The notes under the pieces were generated by a model. The model was not told where the DNA came from. It saw only the letters and a program-made list of their open reading frames with translations, and searched no databases. From Octopus bimaculoides (lineage: Eukaryota): a stretch of 64,000 bases of DNA. Location: the NCBI RefSeq assembly GCF_001194135.2, contig NC_068992.1, forward strand, positions 38,313,304 through 38,377,303. The letters run 5' to 3'. Positions within the stretch are counted from its first letter, which is position 1, and the number at the start of each line of letters is the position of its first letter. Positions 37,348 through 48,146 of this stretch are shown in pieces. The position numbers and the translations under genes were made by a program.

Positions 37348-39492
37348 AAGGTTCATTTGGTGATAACATTGGTAGTTTCTCTTTGTCTTCTGCTTTGGCA
37401 ATAAGTTCCTTCATTACTTTGTGTTCAAGCATTTGAGCCTTCACAGAGTCTGGAAGAGGTGTACCTTCAACATGTGAACAACTTGAGGTCATGCTATGTC
37501 TGTTCTGAAAATTAGCGCTATCTTTTGCATTTTGAGTATAATTTTGGCTTAATTCTTGCCATTCTTGAATTCGTTCGAATGGGTTAACCAAAGGCAAAGC
37601 ACTAAGATCATCGCATTTTAGAATGTTGTCCCATTTTTCACTGTCCCATGGTTTCGAGAAAACCGTTCCTGCATCACTGACAAGAGATACAGCTCGATAT
37701 TGGTTTAGATTATCATATTCGGATGTCTTAGAGGAAATGATCAGATTTGGTTGTTCCATGGGTTTTAATGTCAGTTGGGGAGATATCAAATCTTCTAAGG
37801 TGGAGAAATTTGACTCCATATCTTTAGCAGGGATTTTGGGATTCACAGGGAATTTATGCAATGTCTGACTATTTGACTTACTCTCATGCACGTTCATCGT
37901 TAGTAATATGTTATCAGCAACTTTTGAACACATATTATGTAATGAACCCTTATCACTGTATTTGAGCTCAATTTTATCTGTTTTTTTGTGGTTTTCATTC
38001 TGACTATAGTAACAAGGCATTTGTAAACTTTGGTTAGCATTATTGTTCATATCACTTGAAGTTTTACCATTTTTGATCTTGTATTTATCAAAAGAAAAAA
38101 TGGTGGTATTTGGTGTAACTGAAGGTGAATAAATAGTTTCTAATGTGGGTTGATGTGAGATACGATTTTTACGTCGTTCCCGACAGTTGTGTAGTGTGGA
38201 TTTCTGTCCATAAACTTGTTTGTTTGCAGAGCTTACAGGTGGGAATATCACTGAATTGACCCCTATAGAGTCAAAGGGCTCAGTGTAGACAGGACTTTTG
38301 GTCTTTCCATCGGAAGATTTTTGAACATATGGTACATTATGTAAGGGCGGGGGTTTTGTCTTTTCAGAGAATTTGTTCATTGGTTGATCTGTCTTCTCAC
38401 AAGAGATCACAGAACCAGTCATGTTTACATTGCACTTTGCTATGTCTGCCACATCACAACTCAGTTCATCTTGTAAAGAATTTCTCTTCTGAAGCTCGAC
38501 AGCTTTTGGGCAAGTTTCTATCAATGAACACTTGTTAGAATATTGTACAGTTTGACCTGTAGAGCCTCGTCGGGTGATACGACCTTCAACATGAGAAGAT
38601 GAAGTAGATTGAGATGGCCATGTAACAGCACTGTGCTGCATTTTGCTGGTAGGATTTCGACAATTATCTGGACTGGAAGCTTTTTTAAACTTATAACTAA
38701 TATCATGAGCTGATTTACTGTACAAATCTTCAATTGCTTTCTGATGTTTGAAGCTTACATCATGTGAAGATTTTGCATACAGATCTTCTCTTTGCTTTTC
38801 AGAACTAACACAGCCAATCAGGCTCACAGATAATTGTTCAGTCTGTGAATCTGCATTTTTTTTAGGGATGTATAGCGTACAGTTATTTTCTGCTTCTGAA
38901 TCACTGAACATTCTGGAACCATCAATATCTGCACTTTTAACTGATGGAGAATTTTTCCAAACATCTTCATAATCACTAAGTTTATCTGACAAGTTACTAT
39001 GAAAGTATTGGGGGACAGAAAGATGATCAATGGCAGGACCTGATTGAAGTTCAGTCTGTGGTAAATTTAAAGTATTGATTTGTGGATGTGTATGTGAACG
39101 GTGAACTTTCATGTCAACAACACTACCTTCTCTACTACTGCCATCAGAATGTTGTTGCTGGTTTGTCTTGGAGATGCATGATGTTACGAGATGAGAATCT
39201 GAACATGATGTTTTGGACTTTGACTTGCAACATCCTGCATTAGGGCAATTAGATTTGCTTTTGTAATTAGTCAAAGGTTTCGTTTTATGGTTAGCTGTAA
39301 GTCTGATACCAGTGCTTCCAGCGGGAATTGTGTTCGTTGAATTGTGTGGTGGCACTTGGCCCAACTTGTTTCCATTCAATGCTTTCGACGACATACTTGT
39401 TGGCTCACTCAAAGACTTGTGGAGACTACATTTCTCAGATTTATTTTTCTGAGCAGATATAGATTTCTTCATAATGTCCGAGGTCCAGAAAG
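37348..39492 (-). CDS. RIN2: RIN giant exon, 2145 nt, Ser/Lys-rich predicted disordered linker
   Basis: Covers most of ORF 37187-39472. Acceptor atgtttcag at 39493, donor GTAAGT at 37347, phase 1/1. Confidence 0.9.
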
Positions 39493-39870
39493 CTGAAACA
39501 TAAAAATATGAGATTAAGATAAAAAGTTTCTAAAAAACACACTCCCCTCCTTCTTTTGCAATATTATAAATTCCATTGTAATAACACAACCTTCTAAAAT
39601 TCTTCAAAAACTTAAGCTTATACATCTAGTATAAAATTCAAAAATTTACCCAAAGAGCAGATTATATCAAATAATAAAATGAATTTCAGTTCAAAATCTC
39701 CAACCAGATGGCTTTAGTTCTTTGATCAAGCAAACAACCAGACTCATTGGATTAGCATGAAAGTGGCTGAATATTTCACAGACATGTATACCAGTGGTTC
39801 CCAGCCTCAGGTCCATGGACCCCTGCTGGTCCACAAATGTAGTACTAGGGGCCTGTGAACTAAATTCAAA

Positions 39871-39918
<48 letters not shown>

Positions 39919-40385
39919 TATACACACACATACGTAAGGATAAGCATATTGAAAGGAGTCCACGAGAAAACTAATTTAAATTTTAACCATGCAGGCATGG
40001 GTTTGATGGTTTGACAGGAGCAGGCAAGGTGGAGAGCTGCACCAAGTTCCATTGTCTGTTTTGACATAGTTTCCACAGCTGGATGTCCTTCCCCAATGCC
40101 AACCACTTAACAGAGTGTACTGGGTGCTTTTCCTGTGGCGCGAGCACTACAGCTTTTTAAATGGAACCAGCACCAATGCATTTTCTGTGGCACCAGTACC
40201 AGTGCATTTCATGTGGTCCCAAAGCTGTACCACTTGAATTACAAGTACAATCTACCCGGTAGGCTTCAGTACAGTTTCCATCTACCCAATTTCAATCACA
40301 AGGTCTGGATTGACTCGAACATAGAAATGACATTTGTCTAAAATGCAGCGGGTTTAAACAGGGACCCTCATGATTGTGAAACTTC

Positions 40386-40655
40386 TTAACCCTTTTGATA
40401 CCAAACCACTTAAGACACAAACTTCCTGTTTTAACGCTTTCAATACCAATCAAGCTGAAACCACTTCTGGCTCTGTAGTACAAATAAATGTCTTGTTCTC
40501 ATAAGTTTTGAATTAAAATCTTCCACCAAACCTTAGTCACAATTTATGTTCCTAACACTAGCTTAATGATAACTTACTAAATTCTTTGTTATATTTAAAA
40601 TTAATTGAAAGAAACACAGAGCGCCTCAAAAGAAATATGGTAACAAAAGGGTTAA
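40386..40655. mobile_element. piggyBac-type MITE, same family
   Basis: TTAACCCTTTTG...AAAAGGGTTAA. Confidence 0.8.
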
Positions 40656-42004
40656 AGAGAACTAAATTAAGCCCACCTGTAAAAATTTCCTATTAATTAA
40701 AGTTCCAAACTCCAGTTTAATAATGATAAATTCATTTTACTAACCTCTTATTACCAAAATTAATTAAAACAAAGCATTTCAACAGGAATTTGGTAACAAA
40801 AGGGTTAACCATTTGCCCATATTGTACATGCAGATATTAATTCAAAAAGGTTTAAATTTCATACATTGTTTATAAGACAACCTATGAATTTAGAACAACT
40901 TAAAAACAACTTCTGAGTCATCCAATACACACATCCTTTCCATTATAGGCACAAGGCTTGAAATTCCAGGGTGGGGTGGGGGTAGCTGATTACTTTCATC
41001 CCCAGTACATGACTGGTACTTATTTCTTCAACTCAGAACATAGAGATGAACCCCAGTGTGTTAATAATTCTGCCAGCTTGCCACCATATCATCAAATACA
41101 TATATGAATATATGTATTAAACACTTGCTTTTTACCAAGTAAACCTATACAACCCATAAAAGTGACAAAGTCCCATTCCTCAGAGATAATAAAATTACGG
41201 TTAAATTTAGAAAACAAATATATTCCTGCCATATTTTGGTAGGATCTATTATAAGCCAGAAATATCAACCACAAGCTTAAAATGTTGGACATTTTGCTTC
41301 CAGTAACTTGACTGTTCCTATTATTAATCTAATAATCTATTTATGTGCTGTGTGAGTGAACTAAATTAATGTGATTTTGGTTGGTCTCAAACATTAGCTG
41401 CATCAGCTATTAAATGAATCCTCACCAACTACCAGGTTCCACCACCAGCATCATCTATTAACATCCACCTTCCATGCTGGTATGGGTTGGATGATCTGAC
41501 AGGATCCAACAGATCCACGGACTGCATCCTACTCCAGCTTCCACTTTAGCATAGTTTCTAGGGCCGGAAACCCTTCCAAATACCAACTGCTTTACAGAGT
41601 GGACCAAGTACTTTTTTCATGAAACACCAGCACTATTCAAGTTATCGTGCAGCTTGCAAAATGACAAACCTCTTGACTGAGCAGGGTTACATTAAAGAGG
41701 GGAGATGTAATTTTGTGCTAGGAGATGAGAGGCTAAAAGTATGAGAGAAGAGGAAAGAAACATAACAGGTTTCTTTGCTGTAGAGATGATACAACTTGGT
41801 TAATGAAGTCCAATATATTACAATGTTGGTAAAACTAGTACCAACATCACATCTGAGGTAGTCTAGCAACATTTCTCCTTTAATTAAAGAATTAGGACTT
41901 CTCTTCTTTCTAAAGTGTTGTAAGGGTGAATCAGTAGGGACTGCTGCTACTACTGTCACTACACATAAGTATTTTAACTTTAATATTTAGAACAAAAAAA
42001 TATT

Positions 42005-42350
42005 CATTATTTACATTTGACGGATATTTGTCCTGACCTTGTTTGTTGTTAACACGTTTCGGCTGATATACCCTCCAGCCTTCATCAGGTGTCTTGGAGA
42101 AATTTCGAACCAGGGTTCTCATTCCTAAGGTATTTTTCGATGTTGTTGTTGTTGTTATTATTATTATTATTATTATTATTCAGGTCACTGCCTGGAAGCG
42201 AACTCAGAATCTTGGGGTTAGTAGCCCACGCTCTTAACCATTATGCCATATGCCGAAATGTGTTAACAACAAACAAGATGAAGACAAATATCTGTCAAAT
42301 GTAGATAATGTAAACAATGTACATAATTCCTCATCTCTTAAATATTGAAC
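42005..42350 (-). mobile_element. tRNA-headed element with a hammerhead-like Penelope-type tail and an inverted 3' duplication
   Basis: Minus strand: A-box TGGCATAATGG (42248-42238), B-box GTTCGCTTC (42203-42195), (AAT)n(AAC)n, then GACAC-CTGATGA-A-GGCTG..CAGCC-GAAAC (42093-42056). An inverted copy of the tail lies at 42255-42350. Confidence 0.7.
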
Positions 42351-42373
42351 TATATTAAAAAAATATTCTTTAC

Positions 42374-42465
42374 CTTGGCCTAACAAAGCTAATGAAGTAA
42401 GTTGCTGTGATGTTTCAGCTTTGAGAATTGGATCAGGTAGCACCAACAACTGGGGGAGGTCTTCC
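42374..42465 (-). CDS. RIN2: RIN exon, end of SH2 (EDLPQLLVLPDPILKAETSQQLTSLALLGQ)
   Basis: Acceptor gtttcaag, donor GTAAAG, 92 nt, phase 2/1. Joins the next exon to give LGQAFWTS (RIN2 MGLNFWSS). Confidence 0.9.
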
Positions 42466-42920
42466 CTTGAAACACAAAAAGAAAAAAAAAAAATCACAAT
42501 ACAATTATTAATGAGTGAATATATATAGATTGTTTCAAATTTTTGCACAAGGCCAGTAATTTTAGGGGGAAGGACAGGGGAAAGACAGTTGATTACATTG
42601 ACCCCAATGCTTAACTGGTTCTTACCAATCCCAAAAGGCTGCCTGGCATGCTAACGATTCTGCCAGCTTGCTGCCTTATAATAATTATTTCAAATTTTGG
42701 CACAAGGCTAGCAATTATTTTGGGGTTGGGGGCGGGGTGATTACATCGACCCCAATGTTTATTTAACTGGTACTTATTTTATCAACTCTAAAAGGGTGAG
42801 AAGTGAAGCTAACATGGGCAGAATTTGAACTATGACCATAAAGACAGACAAAATACTGCTATCCATTTTGCCTGGCTTACGATTCTGCCAGCTCAATGCC
42901 TTATAATAATTACAATAACA

Positions 42921-43139
42921 TTAACCCTTTCGTTACTGTATTTATTTTGAGATGCTCTGTGTTTCTTTCAATATAACAAAGAATTTAGTAAAATAACTTA
43001 GTTATCATTAAGCTAGCGTTAGGAACATAAATTGTGACTAAGGTTTGGTGAAAGATTTTAATTCAAAACTTATGAAAACAAGACATTTGTACTACAGAGC
43101 CAGAGCTGGTTTCAGCCGAGTTGGTATCGAAAGGGTTAA
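42921..43139. mobile_element. piggyBac-type MITE, same family, opposite orientation
   Basis: TTAACCCTTTCG...GAAAGGGTTAA. Confidence 0.82.
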
Positions 43140-44398
43140 TGAGCTTACTGCATATTGTGCTCAGATGCACCACAACATATTAGAGGACATTAAAAGAGGA
43201 AAACAAATATATGACAGACAATGATGAAACCTGGAAATACATGGATCTTTTATCTTTTGTTCATTTTAGCCATTGGAATGCAGCCATGCTGGAGCACCAC
43301 CTTGAAGGGTTTGTAGTCAAACAAATCGACCCGAGGTTTCATCATCATCATTGTCGTTTAACATCCTCTTTCCATTTTGGCATGGGTTGGCTTGTTTGAC
43401 TGGGGACTGGCAAGCCAGGAGGCCGCACCAGGTTCCAATTTGATCTGGCAACGTTTCTACTGCTGGATGCCCTTCCTAACGCCAACCACTCCGAGAGTGT
43501 AGTGGGTGCTTTTTATGTGCCACTGGCACGAGGGCCGGTCATGCAGTACTGGCATTGACCACGCTCGAATGGTACTTTTTATGTGCTACCGGCACAGGAC
43601 CAGTCAGCCAAAGCCTAATACTTAGCCGAACCGCTAAGTTATGAGGATGTAAAAACACCAACACCAGTTGTCAAGTGGTGGTGAAGGACAAACACAGACA
43701 CTAAGTCACACACACACAAACACATGACAAGCTTCTTTCAGTTTCCATGTACCAAATCTATTCCCAAGACTTTGGTCAGCCTAAGGCCATAGTAGATGAC
43801 ACTTGCCCATGGTGTCACACAGTGGGACTGAACCTGAAACCATGTGATTGGGAAGCAAGCTTCTTACCACACAGCCACTCCTGAGCCTATATGTAGTGTA
43901 CATAAAATGATAAATTTTAGGAATCATGGAATTTTTTATGGATGTAGTGGCCTGGCAGTCAACAACTTATGTAGGTGCTTTTTTTCCCATGCTTTGGCAA
44001 TTTCAAGTTTGAAAAATGTTTCTGAAAGTTATGGGCATTGTGCTGTTTCATGATGTTATATTTGTGTCCACGAGTGGTAGTGATCGTGAATTCAAAAAGT
44101 TGGCCAAAGTTGTTATTGGAAAGATGAACGGAAAATCTTGTGGTTTTCTTACCAAGTCAGCTGCCAGTGTTTCAACGCCCAGAGAAGCAATAATTTTAAT
44201 TATGATTAAAAAACAGATGTTGTAAAAAGTAACTTTCCCATTTAATTAAATACATTTCAATAAACTGAACATGTGGTAACATGGAGCAAGTATAAAAGTT
44301 ACATAGAAGAGCATTCTTCCACCTAGGACTTCGTTTTAGCATTCTCTTTCACATAAACTTTATTTGCATCTACATTGTTTAAACATGTAAATACTTAC

Positions 44399-44583
44399 AA
44401 GTTTTTACAGTAATTATAGATAAGTTCAGGCACATTGTTAAACGTTTTGTCCGAGCCTTGCAGATGTGGAGAGTCACTGTAATTCTCTATCAAGTAATGT
44501 TCTACAACAGGTCCATCTGACTGCGACAAGTGAACAGACAGAGCCATTGAGCTTTTTTGAGTTGATTGCCGTACAATAAACAT
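44399..44583 (-). CDS. RIN2: RIN exon, SH2 core (MFIVRQSTQKSSMALSVHL...GPVVEHYLIE...LQGSDKTFNNVPELIYNYCKN)
   Basis: FxVRxS SH2 signature. Acceptor tatttacag, donor GTAAGT, 185 nt, phase 0/2. Confidence 0.93.
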
Positions 44584-45765
44584 CTGTAAATATAATACAT
44601 AGTGAAAATTAATTAGTGAAATTGCAAAAACAAATAATAAAATAAAGTGTGTCCATAAATTACCTTTACAATTTGAAGTGTACAAGTGTGGAATTTATAA
44701 AGATAATTTATGGACTATTTTACCTTCTAATGGTTATCTCCCTTGACAAGTGACACATCTCTTAAAAAAACTTTTCTCGTATTTCAGTGGCCACTGGGAT
44801 GGATGATTAAGAAAGGAGCACAAAAGGGATAAGTAGTAATTTATGCTAAGATTATTTGTCTTCCATTTAATGATATAAATAGCTAAGGACCACATTGGTA
44901 GTAGACTGAGGCAGATGGTAAGTCTTTATCGTCACTAATGTTTTAATGTCCACTTTTCCATGCTTGCATAGATCAGCTGGAATACGTTGTAGCAGATTTT
45001 CTACAGCAGGATGCCATTTTGCTGCCAATCCTCATCCGTTTCTACAAAAGGCTGGAAATGAACACCATCACGTCTACACTGGTGACACTCATTTACAACA
45101 ATCACACAATGTCAAGACCACACACACACACAAATATATGTATAAAATGGGCTTCTTTCAGTTTCCATCTACTAAATGTACTCACAAGGCTTTGGTTGGC
45201 CTGAGGCTAGAGCAGAAGACATCTGCCCAAAGAGTCACACAGTAGAACTGAACTCAAAATCATGTGGTTAGGAAGTAAACTTCTTTACCACACAGCCACA
45301 CCAAGAATGGTATGAAAATATAATTAATATTTGTTTAACTAGTATTTTGCCTTCTGTTATGTTCTGAGTTCAAATTCCGCCGAGGTCGACTGTGCCTTTC
45401 ATCCTTTTGGGGTCGATTAAATAAGTACCAGTTACGCACTGGGTCGATGTAATCGACTTAATCCCTTTGTCTGTCCTTGTTTGTCCCCTCTATGTTTAGC
45501 CCCCTGTGGGCAATAAAGAAAGTAATATTTGTTTAACTTAACTATTTAAACTATTCAAACCACCCATATCCACCCCAAATACTCTACCTGTTTTATGTTC
45601 AAAATAGTCAGATCCAGCCTCTCACACCTACCCTACAATGTCATTCTAAAAATAAACAAACACATCATCGAAATCTCAAAACTGTGAGATAATCCATGAT
45701 TAATTCAAAACAATGTGAATAAGTAAGCATTACATTTGTCAGAGAAATCTGAATGCTATATAGGG

Positions 45766-45999
45766 TTAACCCTTTCATTACTGTATTTATTTTGAGATGC
45801 TCTGTGTTTCTTTCAATTAATTTTAAATATAACAAAGAATTTAGTAAAATCACTTAGTTATTATTACTCAGCTAGTAATTAGGAACATAAATTGTGACTA
45901 AGGTTTGGTGGAAGATTTTAATTCAAAACTTATGAAAACAAGACATTTGTACTAGAGAGCCAGAGCCGGTTTCAGCCGGGTTGGTAATGAAAGGGTTAA
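45766..45999. mobile_element. piggyBac-type MITE, same family
   Basis: TTAACCCTTTC...GAAAGGGTTAA. Its left TTAA also ends a different TTAA MITE. Confidence 0.82.
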
Positions 46000-46303
46000 G
46001 GCGACAAGCTGGCAGAATTGTCAGTTTGCTGGGCAAAATGCTAAGTGATAATCTGTGTCTTTATGCTCTGAGTTCAAATTTTGCCAAGATCAACTTTGAA
46101 AAATACCAGTTGAATACTGGATCGATGTAATTAACTTACCCATCCCCTCGAAATTGCTAGCCTTGTGCCAAAATTTGAAATAATAATTATTGTTGTTACT
46201 ATTATCATTATTATTATTAATTCTGGTGCCAATAAATGGCGCTAAGTATTTCGCCTGGCATGCTAACAATTCTGCCAGTTTACCACTTTACCAATAATAA
46301 TAA

Positions 46304-46937
46304 TCTGTGGACAAAATGGTGAAACCATATGGCATATTACCAGCCAATGTACACCACTTGAAACTGTATGACATTACCAGCCAATGTACACCACTTGAAA
46401 TTGTATGACATATTACCAGCCAACGTACGTCACTGGCCCAGAAGGAATATAAGAGATGCCATGACAATATAGCAAGGCTTATGCACTTGACAGAGCACAA
46501 AATTGGTATGACTACAAACCCAAGGGCATCATCGAAAATGATAATGCAAAGATGCTATGGGATTTTATGATTCAGTGCAGCCATGAGATAGAGAATAGGG
46601 AGCCAGAGAAAGAAAGTAATTGAGAAAGAAAGTAAACGATGCTGGATCAGAGGTTAAGCAGTTGTGGTCGATGAAAAAGGTGGTAGTAGTACCAATAATT
46701 GTCGGATTCCTGGGAACAGTGAATAAAAATCTTGAGAAGTACATGGAACAAATTGGGGCTGCAATAAGGGTGGAGCACTTGCAGAAAACAGCATTGCTTG
46801 GAACCGCTCGAATATTCCGGAAGGTGCTCGAAAAATAAGAGGTGTTACCTTAGTTTGCTAGTTGTGAACAGCTGACACTGTAGTACATCTCCAGCATTAG
46901 AAGCTGTGCAAAGGCAATAATAATAAATAATAATAAT
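46304..46937 (+). mobile_element. 5'-truncated, internally deleted R4/Dong-like non-LTR element (RLE type)
   Basis: CGQNGETIWHITSQC...LAQKEYKRCHD...KPKGIIENDNAKMLWDF...VVVPIIVGFLG...LQKTALLGTARIFRKVL*, flanked by (AAT)n on both sides. Confidence 0.8.
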
Positions 46938-47720
46938 GGTTTCAAATTTTGCCACAAGGGCAGCCATTTGGGGGATACTTAATTTATCACTGGTACTTAA
47001 TTTATTGACCCCGAAAGGATGAAAGGCAAAGTTGACCTCGGCGGAATTTGAACTCAGAAGGTAGCAACAGGTGAAATACCGTTAAGCATTTCACCCAGCA
47101 TGCTAACGTTTCTGCCAGTTGACCACTTTTAATAATAATAATAATTTTCTACTTTAGGTACAAAGCCTGAAATTTTAGGAGAGGGGGTAGTCGATTACTT
47201 CAACACCAGTGTTTCACCAGTACTTAATTTATCGACCCCAAAAGGATAAAAGCAAAATCAACCGTGATGGAATTTGAACTCAGGACGTATTGACAGGCAA
47301 AATACCGCTAAGCATTTCGTCCAGTGTGCTAACGATTCTGCCAATATTGGTTTCAAATTGTGGCACAAGGCAGATGGGGGGGGGGGGGCCCTAGTTGATT
47401 ACATTGACCCCAGTCCTCAACTGGTACCTATTTCATTGACCCCCAAAAGGATGACAGGCAAAGTTGACCTCAGTGGAATTTGAAACCAGAACATAAAGAG
47501 TTAAAAGAAATACTTTTTTACTCTAGGAACAAAGCCTGGAAATTTGGAGAAGGGGGCCAGTTGATTAGATTGACCCTAGTATGCAACTGGTATTTAATTT
47601 ATCATGAAAGGCAAAGTCGACCTCAGCAGAATTTGAACTCAGAATGTAGCAACAGACAAAATACTGCTAAGCATTTTGCCCAATATGCTAACGTTTCTGC
47701 TAGCTTGGCACCTTGAGTTT
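46938..47720 (-). mobile_element. Four tandem copies of an (AAT)n-associated SINE (family 4) with a Meta-domain-like core. Other copies approx. 6035-6400, 12075-12310, 15635-16007, 32270-32760, 42535-42905, 45340-45525, 49400-49600, 50650-51000
   Basis: The core gactttgcctttcatcctttcggggtcgataaattaagtaccag resembles the MetaSINE domain as I remember it. Units start at about 46938, 47135, 47350 and 47523. Confidence 0.7.
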
Positions 47721-48008
47721 ACTGCTAAGCATTTTCTCCACTCTGCAAATGATTTTTCTGTCAGCTTGCTGCCTTTGAGTAAATATTTTCTTGAGTCCAA
47801 GGATTCATGGGGTCAGTTACTCTGGTTTCCAAGGTTAAGATCAAAACATTCCCCCTGAAAGGGACACTTTCTATTGCAGGGTCGCTCAATCCAGGAATAG
47901 AAACCACAATCTTGGGACTGGGAGCGCAACACCCTAACCACAAGGCCATGTGTTTTCACAAAGAAGTAATAATAAGAGGAGGAGGAGAAGGATAAAGTAA
48001 AGTCTTAC

Positions 48009-48146
48009 CCCAGGAATTCCATCCTTGAGAAGATGAACAGCACCAATACGACCAATATCTGGCAGGCACCAGATAGAACGGCTTTTCTCAAGGCGCTCCC
48101 AGAAGCTGATTGGTCGAGTCTCCTGCTCTATAGAAATTGGTGTTAT
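48009..48146 (-). CDS. RIN2: RIN exon, SH2 N-terminal part (ITPIS...ISFWERLEKSRSIWCLPDIGRIGAVHLLKDGIPG)
   Basis: Acceptor tttttacag, donor GTAAGA, 138 nt, phase 0/0. Resembles RIN ERLLLTHPVWLQL...AAEIL...PG. Confidence 0.9.

Noticed and set aside
42180-42254. Possible tRNA genes (also 1886-1960, 56330-56400)
   Set aside because: They have A/B boxes but no complete cloverleaf or acceptor stem, and they continue into repeat bodies; these are SINE heads.
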